From an uncultured Bdellovibrionales bacterium (GTDB lineage: Bacteria; Patescibacteriota; Minisyncoccia; Moranbacterales; UBA1568), in assembly GCA_964543815.1 (NCBI GenBank), contig CAZIZG010000004.1:5438-69437 (forward strand): a stretch of DNA of 64,000 nucleotides, given 5' to 3'. The stretch's first letter is position 1; each line of letters opens with the position of its first letter. Under the pieces are notes generated by a model that searched no databases, was not told the DNA's origin, and was given only the letters and a program-made list of their open reading frames with translations. The translations under genes were made by a program, and so were the position numbers. This document shows positions 40,417 to 50,178 of the stretch, one piece after another.

Positions 40417-40980
40417 TTAGGCTACTTTCTCTGCGGGTGTATTAGAGTATTGAGCATCATTAACAGCTTCTGCTGCCTCCTCAGCCATCATAGCCTGCTG
40501 TGCCATCTGAGCCTGAAAACGATAGGCTTCGGCCTGCCGATTGGCATTATCTTTCTTTTGCTCTTCCCAGAGACGCTTCTGTTCTTTCTTTGCCGCTGAC
40601 TTCGCCATAACATAGAGCGCAATAACAGTCAGGGTTTCTATTGGGAGAAAATTCAGACCAAATCCAATAGCTTCCAAAAGAGAAAGAAAGAGGAGCACCA
40701 GGCTGCGAGCAATCTGATTATTCTGCTTCCCTCCAGATTTATCAAACATCGTCATGAGAATCCAGATAAGAAAACTGAAGCACAGCGTTATGACCGTTCC
40801 TATTCCTGGTAACGAACCCACTCCTACCAAATCAAGTAGATCTTTAAGGAGCGCAACTAATGCCAGCCCTAAATACAGCATAAAAGAAGGCTTCACAGCG
40901 GTAAAGCTTGCTGTTTTGCCACTGGTTGCCTTGTTGTAGGCACTCACGAGCATTCGTGCCTGTGGTGGGAGTACCGCCAT
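40417..40980 (-). CDS. Hypothetical membrane protein (3-4 TMs plus C-terminal coiled coil) in the T4SS-like cluster
   Basis: 187 aa. Hydropathy pattern only. Confidence 0.4.
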   Translation of the reverse strand: MAVLPPQARMLVSAYNKATSGKTASFTAVKPSFMLYLGLALVALLKDLLDLVGVGSLPGIGTVITLCFSFLIWILMTMFDKSGGKQNNQIARSLVLLFLSLLEAIGFGLNFLPIETLTVIALYVMAKSAAKKEQKRLWEEQKKDNANRQAEAYRFQAQMAQQAMMAEEAAEAVNDAQYSNTPAEKVA

Positions 40981-40997
40981 ACCAATACCCTACTAGT

Positions 40998-43187
40998 TTA
41001 GTTGCCCGAATCAAAATCTTTCTTTGCTTCTTCAATTTCCAATAACTGACGTGGATCCGAGGTAATAATCTGATCTTCACTATAGGAAGCAATGACTTTG
41101 ATAGCGGCATGCTTTGTCCCGGCAAAGAAAATCCCTTCACCGACATTGCTTTCCAAAAGAAGAAACTTCTCATGATCGGTCAGAAAAAATGTCTCCGCTA
41201 CCAAATCGATAGACGAGGGCGATTGACGAAGAAGCAATTGAAGCGACGAGTTGGTAATAATTGGCTTCCCATAGCGTGAAGACATAAAATCCCCAATATC
41301 CTGAGTAATAGTCGTCAGCCCAGTAAAGTACTTACGGCAGCGTTTAGCAATACCAAAAAGGAAAGCGGCAGCGTCTTCATGTTGCATCATTACCCAGGCC
41401 TCATCCACCACAATCACCCGTTTCTTCATATGGGTACGAATCTCATTCCAAATGAACTGAAGAATAATGTACATAGCGATTGGGCGCAATTCTTCTTCCA
41501 GATCACGAATGTTAAATACTACTAACTGATTCTCCATCTCAATGTTGGTTTGTTTATCAAGAAATCCCCCAAAAATACCCTCCGTGTAACGTTCCAGGCG
41601 AGCTGAGAGCGATTCCGCACCATCCATATTCTGTAAAACAGCGTACAAATCTGACATGGTCGGAAAAGAAGTACTCGTCAATTGAGAAAAATCACTAACA
41701 CCCGTAATATCCCGAATAGCATACGTTTCACGTATAGCCCGATCCAATATAGAATCTTCTTCCGGAGTAACTGATCCGAGCATGAGATGAAGCAAACCAA
41801 TCAGGTTGGCAATGGTGTTACGAAACAATCCTTCTGTATCCTCATCTTCCACTTGTTTAGGCAAATCAAAAGGATTCAAATGTACATTAGAATTGAGTGA
41901 CACCTTGAGAAAGGTGCCGCCGACGGCCTCACAGAGGTGTTTATATTCATTTTCAGGATCGAGAATGATAACACTCGAATTAAACATCATGGCCCGCAGG
42001 ACCTCAAGTTTGACGGTATAACTCTTACCAGCACCAGACTTAGCAAACACTACCATGTTGGCATTCTCCATTTTGAATCGATCAAAAAGAATCAAGCTGT
42101 TATTGTGCCGATTGATGCCGTAGAGCACCCCTTGATTAGATGACAGATCAGAAGAAACAAACGGGAAAGTGGTCGACAACGGCTCAGTGTTCAAGTTATT
42201 CCCGACGTCAAGCACGTCCATAGCAAGCGGCCGAGTCGCTGCAAATCCCTGATCCATCCGAAGGATAGCAGCTTTTGTATACACAAGCTGCGCTTCAAGA
42301 ATAGATTCAATTGACCGACACTTATCATTCAAATCGGCATCATCTTTGCCATATACCGTCATGTAAAGACCAGCCCGGAAAAATTTTTCCGTTCCTTGCT
42401 GCAGTTTGTCCCGCAAACTTTCAATGTCAGTAAGAGCAGTTTCAAGCATGGGATCGCGGATTTTACCGTCCTCTGTTTCAATATGGATTTGTGACTGTAC
42501 CTGCGTCGCCGACTTACGTAAATTCTTCATTATCTCCGCCGTATCAATCGGATGGATAAAAAGGGCAATATCCATGCTGAAATCAATGTTGATAATCGGC
42601 GAAAACCAGTTCGTCGAGAGATACCGGGGATACGCAACCACAAAATAGGTCCGAGCCAGTACCCCGCCAATACGCATACTATTGGAATTGACCTGAATAG
42701 CCGGAGGAGCAATAAGATCACGCAGGGTGGCGATGCCCTGACGATACAGAGCTTCAGCCTCCTTGGTATTTTCGTTCCGACCAGAAAGAGTCAGGCCGGC
42801 TGATGACTGTGGCACAGCCTGCGGTGGCATTAGCACGGATACCTCAGACACGATTGGCTCCGACGTAACATCTACTACTGGCTCTTCCGTTACTATTGGT
42901 TTCGGAATCACGGGCTCATCCGCTCCACTCCGGAAAGTCTCCTCTTGATGAGCTGGAAGCGAAGTTTCATCTTTTTCCCCCTCCTCCTTGGACACTGGTG
43001 CCATCGAAACCGTTTCCGCTCCAAAGGTAATAGGTGGCTGAGTTATCTCTTCCTTCTTCTCTGCTTCTAAAACAACCACGGGCTGTTCTTCCTTGATTTC
43101 TTCAGGGGGAAGTGGCGTAGAGATAATGACCGGTGACTGCCCATTCAGGAGTGGTCCTTTGTTGTCTCGAAATACGATGCGATCCAT
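40998..43187 (-). CDS. VirB4/TrbE-family T4SS ATPase (ATPase domains), with an N-terminal Pro/Glu-rich low-complexity region
   Basis: Walker A FAKSGAGKSYTVK, DPENEY, Walker B VIVVDEAWVM. Confidence 0.85.
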   Translation of the reverse strand: MDRIVFRDNKGPLLNGQSPVIISTPLPPEEIKEEQPVVVLEAEKKEEITQPPITFGAETVSMAPVSKEEGEKDETSLPAHQEETFRSGADEPVIPKPIVTEEPVVDVTSEPIVSEVSVLMPPQAVPQSSAGLTLSGRNENTKEAEALYRQGIATLRDLIAPPAIQVNSNSMRIGGVLARTYFVVAYPRYLSTNWFSPIINIDFSMDIALFIHPIDTAEIMKNLRKSATQVQSQIHIETEDGKIRDPMLETALTDIESLRDKLQQGTEKFFRAGLYMTVYGKDDADLNDKCRSIESILEAQLVYTKAAILRMDQGFAATRPLAMDVLDVGNNLNTEPLSTTFPFVSSDLSSNQGVLYGINRHNNSLILFDRFKMENANMVVFAKSGAGKSYTVKLEVLRAMMFNSSVIILDPENEYKHLCEAVGGTFLKVSLNSNVHLNPFDLPKQVEDEDTEGLFRNTIANLIGLLHLMLGSVTPEEDSILDRAIRETYAIRDITGVSDFSQLTSTSFPTMSDLYAVLQNMDGAESLSARLERYTEGIFGGFLDKQTNIEMENQLVVFNIRDLEEELRPIAMYIILQFIWNEIRTHMKKRVIVVDEAWVMMQHEDAAAFLFGIAKRCRKYFTGLTTITQDIGDFMSSRYGKPIITNSSLQLLLRQSPSSIDLVAETFFLTDHEKFLLLESNVGEGIFFAGTKHAAIKVIASYSEDQIITSDPRQLLEIEEAKKDFDSGN

Positions 43188-43197
43188 GATGCTGTAA

Positions 43198-43878
43198 TTA
43201 GGCGAGTTCTATTTTGCTCACGTCTTTCATTACCGTCGAGGTAAAGAGCGACGGGTTGTAGCTATTATAAAGCAATTCGATAATTTCCTCTGTATTAAGT
43301 TGGGTCACCTTGACTCCAGCTCCCGACATAGCTGCCGCAATATGATCCACCCGTTGGAGTAATTGGCTTTTGTAAGTTTCAAATAACCCACTCTTCATGG
43401 AACTCGCTTGTTTAGGACGGAATATACCGAGTAGCTTATCGAGTAGTCCACTCGCTTGATCTTCCACGGGTGAAAATGGCACTACAATATAAAAATACTT
43501 CGACATGATATTGGAAACCTCACTCAAATTCTTGATGAAATTCTTGTACTCACTAATCTGAAACCGGAGAAGTTCATTCATCTGCTGCTTTTCTTCCTCT
43601 GCGAGCAACTCGACGTAAGGACCGATATTGAAACGCCTTGATTGAATGACAATTTGAACTGGAAAATCAAGCGAATTAAGAAAAGCTTGATACTGAGCAA
43701 TAATAGCATCCTGCTCCTGACTTGATTTGAGGTCGAAATTAATAGAGGAAACCAAAAGTACAGCCCGGAGCGCTCCACTTTTAAGCACCATCACGCCGTC
43801 ACGCATCTCCTCCACATCAACATACTTTTGGGTACTTGATGCACTCACTCCCGGCTTTTTAGCTTTCAATAATTCCAT
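43198..43878 (-). CDS. Stand-alone VirB4 N-terminal-domain-like protein (CagE/TrbE/VirB N-domain pattern)
   Basis: DGVMVLKSGALRAVLLVSSINFDLKSSQEQDAIIAQYQAFLNSLDFPVQIVIQSRR matches the VirB4 N-domain pattern. Sits 11 bp upstream of the ATPase ORF, in a different frame. Confidence 0.5.
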   Translation of the reverse strand: MELLKAKKPGVSASSTQKYVDVEEMRDGVMVLKSGALRAVLLVSSINFDLKSSQEQDAIIAQYQAFLNSLDFPVQIVIQSRRFNIGPYVELLAEEEKQQMNELLRFQISEYKNFIKNLSEVSNIMSKYFYIVVPFSPVEDQASGLLDKLLGIFRPKQASSMKSGLFETYKSQLLQRVDHIAAAMSGAGVKVTQLNTEEIIELLYNSYNPSLFTSTVMKDVSKIELA

Positions 43879-43910
43879 AGATTCACGCTACTGAAGTTAC
43901 CACCTTCCTT

Positions 43911-44309
43911 CTAACGTTGATCAATTAACCGGGCTAATTCTGCCAACTTCTCACGCGTCAACTCCTTTTCCATTGGCGCTTGGACTTGGGTCTTTTGATT
44001 CGTTGGTGCTTTAACCGTAGGAAGAACCGCAACCGGACGTTCCCAAACCGCTACCTTGGGACGGAAAACGAACAACGTTGCACTTCCGAGAAAAGTAGTC
44101 ATCGGGAGACCACTCGGCTGGTAGAAAGCCATCGCGCAGAAAATAAGCACAACTGGAATAGCGATAATAATCGAAAGCGATGTATCAAAAATACTAAATA
44201 CGACAAGTAGTACACCAGCCATACCAATCATCCAGAGGAGTTGTTTCCAGGTTAGAGGACCGACAATTTTGTCCTCAACATCAATAAATTGTGGGACGGA
44301 AAACATCAT
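43911..44309 (-). CDS. VirB3/PrgI-like small two-TM protein
   Basis: 132 aa with two adjacent TM helices, positioned directly upstream of VirB4 as in T4SS operons. Confidence 0.4.
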   Translation of the reverse strand: MMFSVPQFIDVEDKIVGPLTWKQLLWMIGMAGVLLVVFSIFDTSLSIIIAIPVVLIFCAMAFYQPSGLPMTTFLGSATLFVFRPKVAVWERPVAVLPTVKAPTNQKTQVQAPMEKELTREKLAELARLIDQR

Positions 44310-44312
44310 ACA

Positions 44313-45341
44313 CTATTCTTTACCGAGACTGACTGGACGAATACGAAAAGGATTAGCCTTAGGAGCAGCAGCTGGGACCGAAGTTGGCATTTGAGGCTTT
44401 GGAGTTACTGGAGCAACCGGAACGTTCCCTAGAGCTGGATTTTTCTCGGCTGGAAAAACATGTTTCGAGGTAAACGAAAGGGCACCTCCTGATTTTTCGC
44501 CGCCCGCCATCCCACCCTTCCCAAAATTAAAAGCTGCGTTAGAAAGCGACTGAGAAGCTGCCGCAGACTGTAGCTGTGACCCTTCACGAGGCATTTCAAA
44601 ACGAGGAAAGATAATCTCACTTCGTTCCGTGTCTATATCAAGCGGATAATTCTCTTCAATCGACTTCAGGACCAGATTGACTCGCTCACGCTCTTCGGAT
44701 GAAAGACGTTTGCCATTTTCCGATCGAAACAAAAAGTTTCCCCGCTGCACGCTGTCATGATGACCAATACCAAGTTCGTCTCGGTAGTACTTAATCCAGT
44801 ACAGGAGTGATGGGCGCACCGGCTCGGACTGTGACTTTACCGAGATACGTTCCTGAGTAATTTGTTGACTACCCAATTGTTCATACTTAGAAAGAGCTTG
44901 GAGTAGTGGCAATTTGACCAGTACTGGCGCTTTCTGTGGTTCGACCGGAACCTCCTCTACTTTTGGTTTTGGTTTAATAGTCAAAATTTCATTTTGGATA
45001 AATTGCACAATTTCTTTGGCCTTATTGTCATTATCATTGTTTGTAGCAAGCGATTTTTTTAAGCTCACTTCAGCATCAGAAACGGAAATTTCGCCAAAAA
45101 ATATTTTTCGAATATGAAGACTCACCGCTCCAACAACTGGTTCAGATAATCCAAATTTTTTTTGTAGTTCGAAAATCTTTAAAGGAATCTGTTCATCCGT
45201 AATAGTGTCCTGAAGCTTTTGTGAAGTAGTGTAAAATTTTTTCCAAACATCTTGATTTTCTTCATGCGACATAGGCCTGTTCTCACCAGTAGAGGGAACA
45301 AGCATAGGAAAATAAACAATTTTTTTTATCTGAGAATCCAT
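44313..45341 (-). CDS. Hypothetical protein in the T4SS-like cluster
   Basis: 342 aa, no TM, Pro-rich C-terminus. Confidence 0.4.
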   Translation of the reverse strand: MDSQIKKIVYFPMLVPSTGENRPMSHEENQDVWKKFYTTSQKLQDTITDEQIPLKIFELQKKFGLSEPVVGAVSLHIRKIFFGEISVSDAEVSLKKSLATNNDNDNKAKEIVQFIQNEILTIKPKPKVEEVPVEPQKAPVLVKLPLLQALSKYEQLGSQQITQERISVKSQSEPVRPSLLYWIKYYRDELGIGHHDSVQRGNFLFRSENGKRLSSEERERVNLVLKSIEENYPLDIDTERSEIIFPRFEMPREGSQLQSAAASQSLSNAAFNFGKGGMAGGEKSGGALSFTSKHVFPAEKNPALGNVPVAPVTPKPQMPTSVPAAAPKANPFRIRPVSLGKE

Positions 45342-45349
45342 AATAACAG

Positions 45350-47452
45350 CTACAATACAGAAGCCACATTACCCTTCGCTTGTTTTTTAATCTCCTGATA
45401 CCTCTGAGGATTTGATTGTTGTAGATCCTGAACAACACTAATAGCAACCGGCGCATAAGGAGAACTCGTAAAGAGCGAAGATTGGTCAGCTATTTCGCCT
45501 ACCTTCATATTATTAAGTATGTTCTGAATTATAGCCTTTTCTTGTTGCTGACTCACTGGCCCAGCCGATCGAGCTTCGTTAATCTGATGATCAACAATGA
45601 GAGCAGCCCCTCCTTCTTTCTTTATCTTGTACTCAAGTGCCCCTCGAAGACTTGCATGCCGTGGATCATTCGGGTTCGACATAGCTGGGGTGCTCAGTAC
45701 TGACGCATAGTCAGCGGCCGAACCTGAAAAGGCAGAATCATCCAATTTGGAAATTAAATCGTTGATTGCCTTCTCATTATTACCGAGTGAACTAATTACT
45801 GATTGTAAGTTTTGCAAACCAGACTTAGCCGGCATGGTTCCAGTGGCTGGCGTAGCAGCGATAATCTTCTTATCAGCCTTGCTTATTATTTCCAGTGCCT
45901 TCTCATCATAAGTTGGGTCTGGAATAGTGCGTAGACCAGTAGCCGGATCAACCTTCTTCAAGGCATCAAGGGCCCTGGTCAAATCTTCCATGCTTTGAAT
46001 ACCATTGTCCATGTTTGCCAAGGAACCAGCACCCGAAATACGCATGATGTCATCTGTCGATTTGAGCCGATCAAGCGCATCTGTTCGACTAATCTTATTC
46101 TCTTTATCCTTAGCCATCTGTTCATGAATTTGTTTATCTTTGAACTTCTGTAGCTCGGATTTCTGAGCTTTCTTAGCGCCCCCTACCATGCCGGTCGGAG
46201 TAGCAATTCCCTTTGCAGCACCTTTGCCCCAAGATTCGAAGGTACTTGGGCTGGCGAAAAATCGCCCAACTTTACTCGTTTCAAAACGTGACGTCGCTCC
46301 CTTACTAACACCACTCGCGAACTTCCTTCCAGGATACGTAAGTCCTGCGGCACTCTTTCTTCCAAACCACTTAATAAATTTTTGACCCTGACCAGTGACA
46401 GCACCGGCACCCATGATAGAAAAGGAGGTGGCCAATCCGATAGCCATCCACAGCATAACGATTGGAATCGTGAACATAGCCATGGAACTAATAAAGCCCG
46501 CTGTCTCTGGTGTGCCGTTTTGGATACCATACTTCAAGAATTGTGCCTGCGTATTATCTTTCGCAATCTCGGCAAAAAACTGGGTAGCAATATAAAGCAT
46601 GAGCATCGCCGCTGGCCCAAAGAGGCTGTATTGCCAGAGTTTTTCCCACCACATATTGCCATACTTTTCCATCCCGGGAATAACCGAGGCAGCAAACCCT
46701 ACTGAAGCAAAAATAAGGAGAATGATAAGGGCAGCCAAACGCACAACAAAAAGCACTGCGAGTACCAGAAGTGAAATGGAAAAAATAAAGAGAAAAACAA
46801 TAGCCATCAGTATTTGTGAAACACCAATTTGACTGAACTTAACCTCACTAATGCCCACATCGGAACCAGGTATAAGTATGCCCTGGATTCGTGAGGCACT
46901 TAGAACAGTACCTAAGTAGGAATCTTTACCAGAAACCGTACCAATTTGGTTCACAAAATAGTACATTGGAACATTGGTCATATCAATAATGACCCGAGTC
47001 AAAGGAAAGCTAAAGTTTACAAAAAGGGCTGCGAGCACAATAGAGAGGAGGGTTTTTTTGTAGTCCTTAGCTACCTGAAAAACGATGGTGAAGGCAGTGT
47101 AGAGCAACGTGAGAATGAAGAAGAGGTTGAAGAAATCCCGAATGAACTTCCACATGACATACACACTATTCCTATTGAGCAGTCCATCATTGCCGGAAAT
47201 GTAATTTGGATCAATAGCCCATCCAAAAAGCGTTACAGCAACAGATGCGAACCATCCAAACATGGTAAAAATACCATAGAGCAATCCTTTAAAAACATTA
47301 CTCACAGAATCGACTACTGCATCTGTCGCAAAGCCCCAAAAACCATCAGCATGAACTGCAGGTGGTGCAAGAAAAAAGATACTTGAAGAAAAAACAAACA
47401 GTGCCAAGACAAAAACTATCCCCTTTTGTTTTTTGTTTTTTGGAGAAAACAT
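45350..47452 (-). CDS. VirB6/TrbL-like polytopic membrane protein with a long soluble C-terminal extension
   Basis: Signal peptide, then ~8 TMs over 330 aa, then a 350-aa soluble tail. Confidence 0.5.
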   Translation of the reverse strand: MFSPKNKKQKGIVFVLALFVFSSSIFFLAPPAVHADGFWGFATDAVVDSVSNVFKGLLYGIFTMFGWFASVAVTLFGWAIDPNYISGNDGLLNRNSVYVMWKFIRDFFNLFFILTLLYTAFTIVFQVAKDYKKTLLSIVLAALFVNFSFPLTRVIIDMTNVPMYYFVNQIGTVSGKDSYLGTVLSASRIQGILIPGSDVGISEVKFSQIGVSQILMAIVFLFIFSISLLVLAVLFVVRLAALIILLIFASVGFAASVIPGMEKYGNMWWEKLWQYSLFGPAAMLMLYIATQFFAEIAKDNTQAQFLKYGIQNGTPETAGFISSMAMFTIPIVMLWMAIGLATSFSIMGAGAVTGQGQKFIKWFGRKSAAGLTYPGRKFASGVSKGATSRFETSKVGRFFASPSTFESWGKGAAKGIATPTGMVGGAKKAQKSELQKFKDKQIHEQMAKDKENKISRTDALDRLKSTDDIMRISGAGSLANMDNGIQSMEDLTRALDALKKVDPATGLRTIPDPTYDEKALEIISKADKKIIAATPATGTMPAKSGLQNLQSVISSLGNNEKAINDLISKLDDSAFSGSAADYASVLSTPAMSNPNDPRHASLRGALEYKIKKEGGAALIVDHQINEARSAGPVSQQQEKAIIQNILNNMKVGEIADQSSLFTSSPYAPVAISVVQDLQQSNPQRYQEIKKQAKGNVASVL

Positions 47453-47592
47453 ACGTTACACGAGAGAGAAGCCCGTAATCAAAGACTCAATCATGAACGA
47501 AAAAAATCTGTTTCGTTCGCGCGTATTATACCACAAGAAATCGGAAATATAAAAACCCTGCGTAATTTCGCGAAGCAGATTGGCTCTGCCAG

Positions 47593-47607
47593 ATTACACA
47601 GGGTAAA
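47593..47607 (+). repeat. Solo copy of the ATTACACAGGGTAAA motif
   Basis: Exact 15-mer, identical to 4440-4454 and to the reverse complement of 539-553. Confidence 0.5.
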
Positions 47608-47642
47608 GATTCTATTTCATTGATATTCTTGTGATTCTGAAG

Positions 47643-48734
47643 CTAGTAAATGTAGCCCTTGATAACTCGGCTCGATCCAGAGAGGGTACGAGAACTCTTT
47701 TTTCCCCAACCCACATAATTCATCTCAGAAACCGTAATCATGCCGTTACTCACTTTCTCTACCAAAGCCACATGACCGTAGTAGCGATTTTCTGTAGTCA
47801 CCACCATGGCACCCACCGCTGGCGTTCGGCCGGTTCGATATCCCATCGCTTTGGCATTATAGAGCCAGGCACCAGCATTGCCACTCCATGGAACGTACCG
47901 CTTCTGAGCTACATACCAAGTACAGTAACCATAAGGAAACCGATGTCCCGTTCCTGCTTTGCCATCAAGTTTACGAAAACCGGAAGAAATATCAGTCGCC
48001 GTCCCTCCTGTCGAGGTAGCATACTGGCGCCGTTCCAAGCCACCGTCAGTAGCTGGCTTAGGCACCTCATCCTTCTTACCATCAGGAATGATGATGAGTT
48101 CCCCAACTTGTAATTCACCATTAGCCGGTAACTCATTAAAAGAAATGATTTTTTCCTTATTTGCCTTGTATTTGGCAGCAATTGAATCAATCGTATCACC
48201 CGATTTGACGGCATAGGACAGTCCAGCCACCGGCAAAATAAAGATTTGATCGCCCGGTTTAATCTGATCAACGTTATCCAAATCATTCGCCCACAGAATC
48301 GTGTTGACAGTAATACCATTTTGGGCCGCGATGCCACTAACCGTGTCACCCGATTTGACCGTATAAATCTTAACGCCTCCGTCTTCTTCGGGATCCTTGG
48401 CAATAGAAGAGCCAGCCTGTGAAGAAAGCATAATCTGGCCTTCAAGGGCACTGCTCTGCATATCAAAAAGCGAAATATCATCCTTTTGCTCCGGATCAAC
48501 CACGCTTGCCACGCTTCCCAAGGGCACCAGAGACAAATTTTCTTTTTTGCTCACTTGGGCCGCGATGCGATGCTTCGTGGTCGGAGTACTTTCAGCAGAA
48601 GCATTTGTTCCGTTTACATAGCCGAAAAGAAGACTCTCTGAATCCTTGCCTTGGGTAAAGTTGCTCACGGAAACCAGGAGAGCGCTTGAAGTGACGATTG
48701 AAAAGGCTGAGTAGCTCCGAAACAGCCGGACCAC
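47643..48734 (-). CDS. Secreted peptidoglycan hydrolase: 2 x LysM plus a C-terminal CHAP/NlpC-P60 amidase (VirB1-like role)
   Basis: YTVKSGDTVSGIAAQNGITVNTILWAN and YAVKSGDTIDSIAAKYKANKEKIISFN. C-terminal GYCTWYVAQKR ... GHVALVEKV. N-terminal signal/TM. Confidence 0.8.
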   Translation of the reverse strand: MVRLFRSYSAFSIVTSSALLVSVSNFTQGKDSESLLFGYVNGTNASAESTPTTKHRIAAQVSKKENLSLVPLGSVASVVDPEQKDDISLFDMQSSALEGQIMLSSQAGSSIAKDPEEDGGVKIYTVKSGDTVSGIAAQNGITVNTILWANDLDNVDQIKPGDQIFILPVAGLSYAVKSGDTIDSIAAKYKANKEKIISFNELPANGELQVGELIIIPDGKKDEVPKPATDGGLERRQYATSTGGTATDISSGFRKLDGKAGTGHRFPYGYCTWYVAQKRYVPWSGNAGAWLYNAKAMGYRTGRTPAVGAMVVTTENRYYGHVALVEKVSNGMITVSEMNYVGWGKKSSRTLSGSSRVIKGYIY

Positions 48735-49210
48735 ACGATAGCCAGAAATTTCTTTGATGAAATGGAGGAAGCGAGTTTGGAGACGATGGATGCGCGTATG
48801 TAAGACACGAAAAGAGGCTATACGACCTCCTTTTTCCTGTCCAATAAGAACGCCCCGCCAGAATTGACGAGCCTGTTTACCTATGGCAGAAAAGAAAAGC
48901 TTAGTACGAATAAAACCATTGCCTTTCGATTGATAAAAGGGCTGAGAACGAAATTTTCGTACCTTCCGAAAACAGCGCTCATCACCACTTTTACCCTAAT
49001 TTTTACAAAGGTCAGTATAGCTTTTGATAGGGCTTCCGTCAAGCAAAAAATAGCCTGTTTTCTAAAATATTGCTTTATTTAAAGCATTTTTTTAGTGTAT
49101 AACTCTAGCCATATTTGGATGATTTCAATGCCCAGAGCCAGTACCTGTTTTCTCTGTCCCATCTCCGACCCATGATACAATACACTTGTTTATATCCACC
49201 AAAGCGCATG

Positions 49211-50164
49211 ACCCCCTTCGAAAAACCAAACCATCCTGTTGAAATTCTGGCGAAGCGTTTTCTTGAACATTTGGAAATTGAGCTTTCCCGATCACCCCGC
49301 ACCCTCGAAAGCTATGGCCGAGTCCTTCGAGCTTTTTTCACTTGGGGTACCATTGTCACACCATCGGATATCACTTCTGAAGTAGTGCGTGAATACCGTA
49401 TCCACCTCAACCGTCAGGTGAACCGCCGGGGAGACCGGCTGAAAAAAAATACTCAATCCTACCACGCTATTGTACTTCGTACCTTTCTCAAGTATCTCGC
49501 CAAACAGGATGTGGCCGTTCTCCCAGCCGAAAAAATCGAAGTAGGGAAGGCTGAAGACCGTCAAATTGACTTCTTAGAATACGATGAGGTACGTCACCTC
49601 ATCGAGTCAAGTACTGGCAAAAACCCGAGGAATCTCAGAGATCAAGCTATACTTGAACTTCTTTTCTCATCTGGACTACGCGTCTCTGAGCTTGTTTCTC
49701 TTGATCGCCAACACCTCAATCTTGAAAAAGAAGAGTTCAGCGTTCGGGGTAAGGGTAGAAAATTACGTATCGTTTTCATTTCTCCGGAAGCAAAGAAGGC
49801 GCTCGAACGCTACCTCGCAGTACGTTCAGACGTTGATCCAGCTCTTTTTATCGCCTATCCCAAAAAAGGCCTAGTAAATACTCAGGCCGGTAAACGTGAC
49901 ACTCTTCGACTCACTCCTCGTAGTATTGCCCGCATTGTGAAATACTATGCCACCAAAGCCGGTATCATAAAGGATGTTCATCCGCACACTCTACGCCACA
50001 GCTTCGCTACAGATCTCCTGGTCAATGGCGCGGACATTAGAAGCGTCCAGGCCATGCTTGGTCATGCTTCCATTACTACTACTCAAATCTATACTCATAT
50101 CACCAACGAACGGCTCAAGGAAGTACACCGATCATTCCACGCTAAAAGAAAAAAGAAGTCCTAG
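49211..50164 (+). CDS. Tyrosine site-specific recombinase, XerC/XerD-like
   Basis: HTLRHSFATDLLVNGADIRSVQAMLGHASITTTQIYTH. The ORF track starts at 49115; the start is more plausibly the M of MTPFEKP. Confidence 0.8.
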   Translation, partial: TPFEKPNHPVEILAKRFLEHLEIELSRSPRTLESYGRVLRAFFTWGTIVTPSDITSEVVREYRIHLNRQVNRRGDRLKKNTQSYHAIVLRTFLKYLAKQDVAVLPAEKIEVGKAEDRQIDFLEYDEVRHLIESSTGKNPRNLRDQAILELLFSSGLRVSELVSLDRQHLNLEKEEFSVRGKGRKLRIVFISPEAKKALERYLAVRSDVDPALFIAYPKKGLVNTQAGKRDTLRLTPRSIARIVKYYATKAGIIKDVHPHTLRHSFATDLLVNGADIRSVQAMLGHASITTTQIYTHITNERLKEVHRSFHAKRKKKS

Positions 50165-50178
50165 GACTTCTTTTTAAT

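Noticed and set aside
47631-48499. 160-aa and 196-aa ORFs overlapping the LysM-CHAP gene
   Set aside because: The minus-strand frame carries two LysM repeats and a CHAP domain. The overlapping ORFs have no features.
36807-49115. Calling the T4SS-like cluster an ICE or genomic island outright
   Set aside because: No att direct repeat of the tRNA 3' end, no relaxase or VirD4, no obvious compositional break. The recombinase looks like a housekeeping Xer. This is kept as a hypothesis in the findings rather than annotated as a mobile element.
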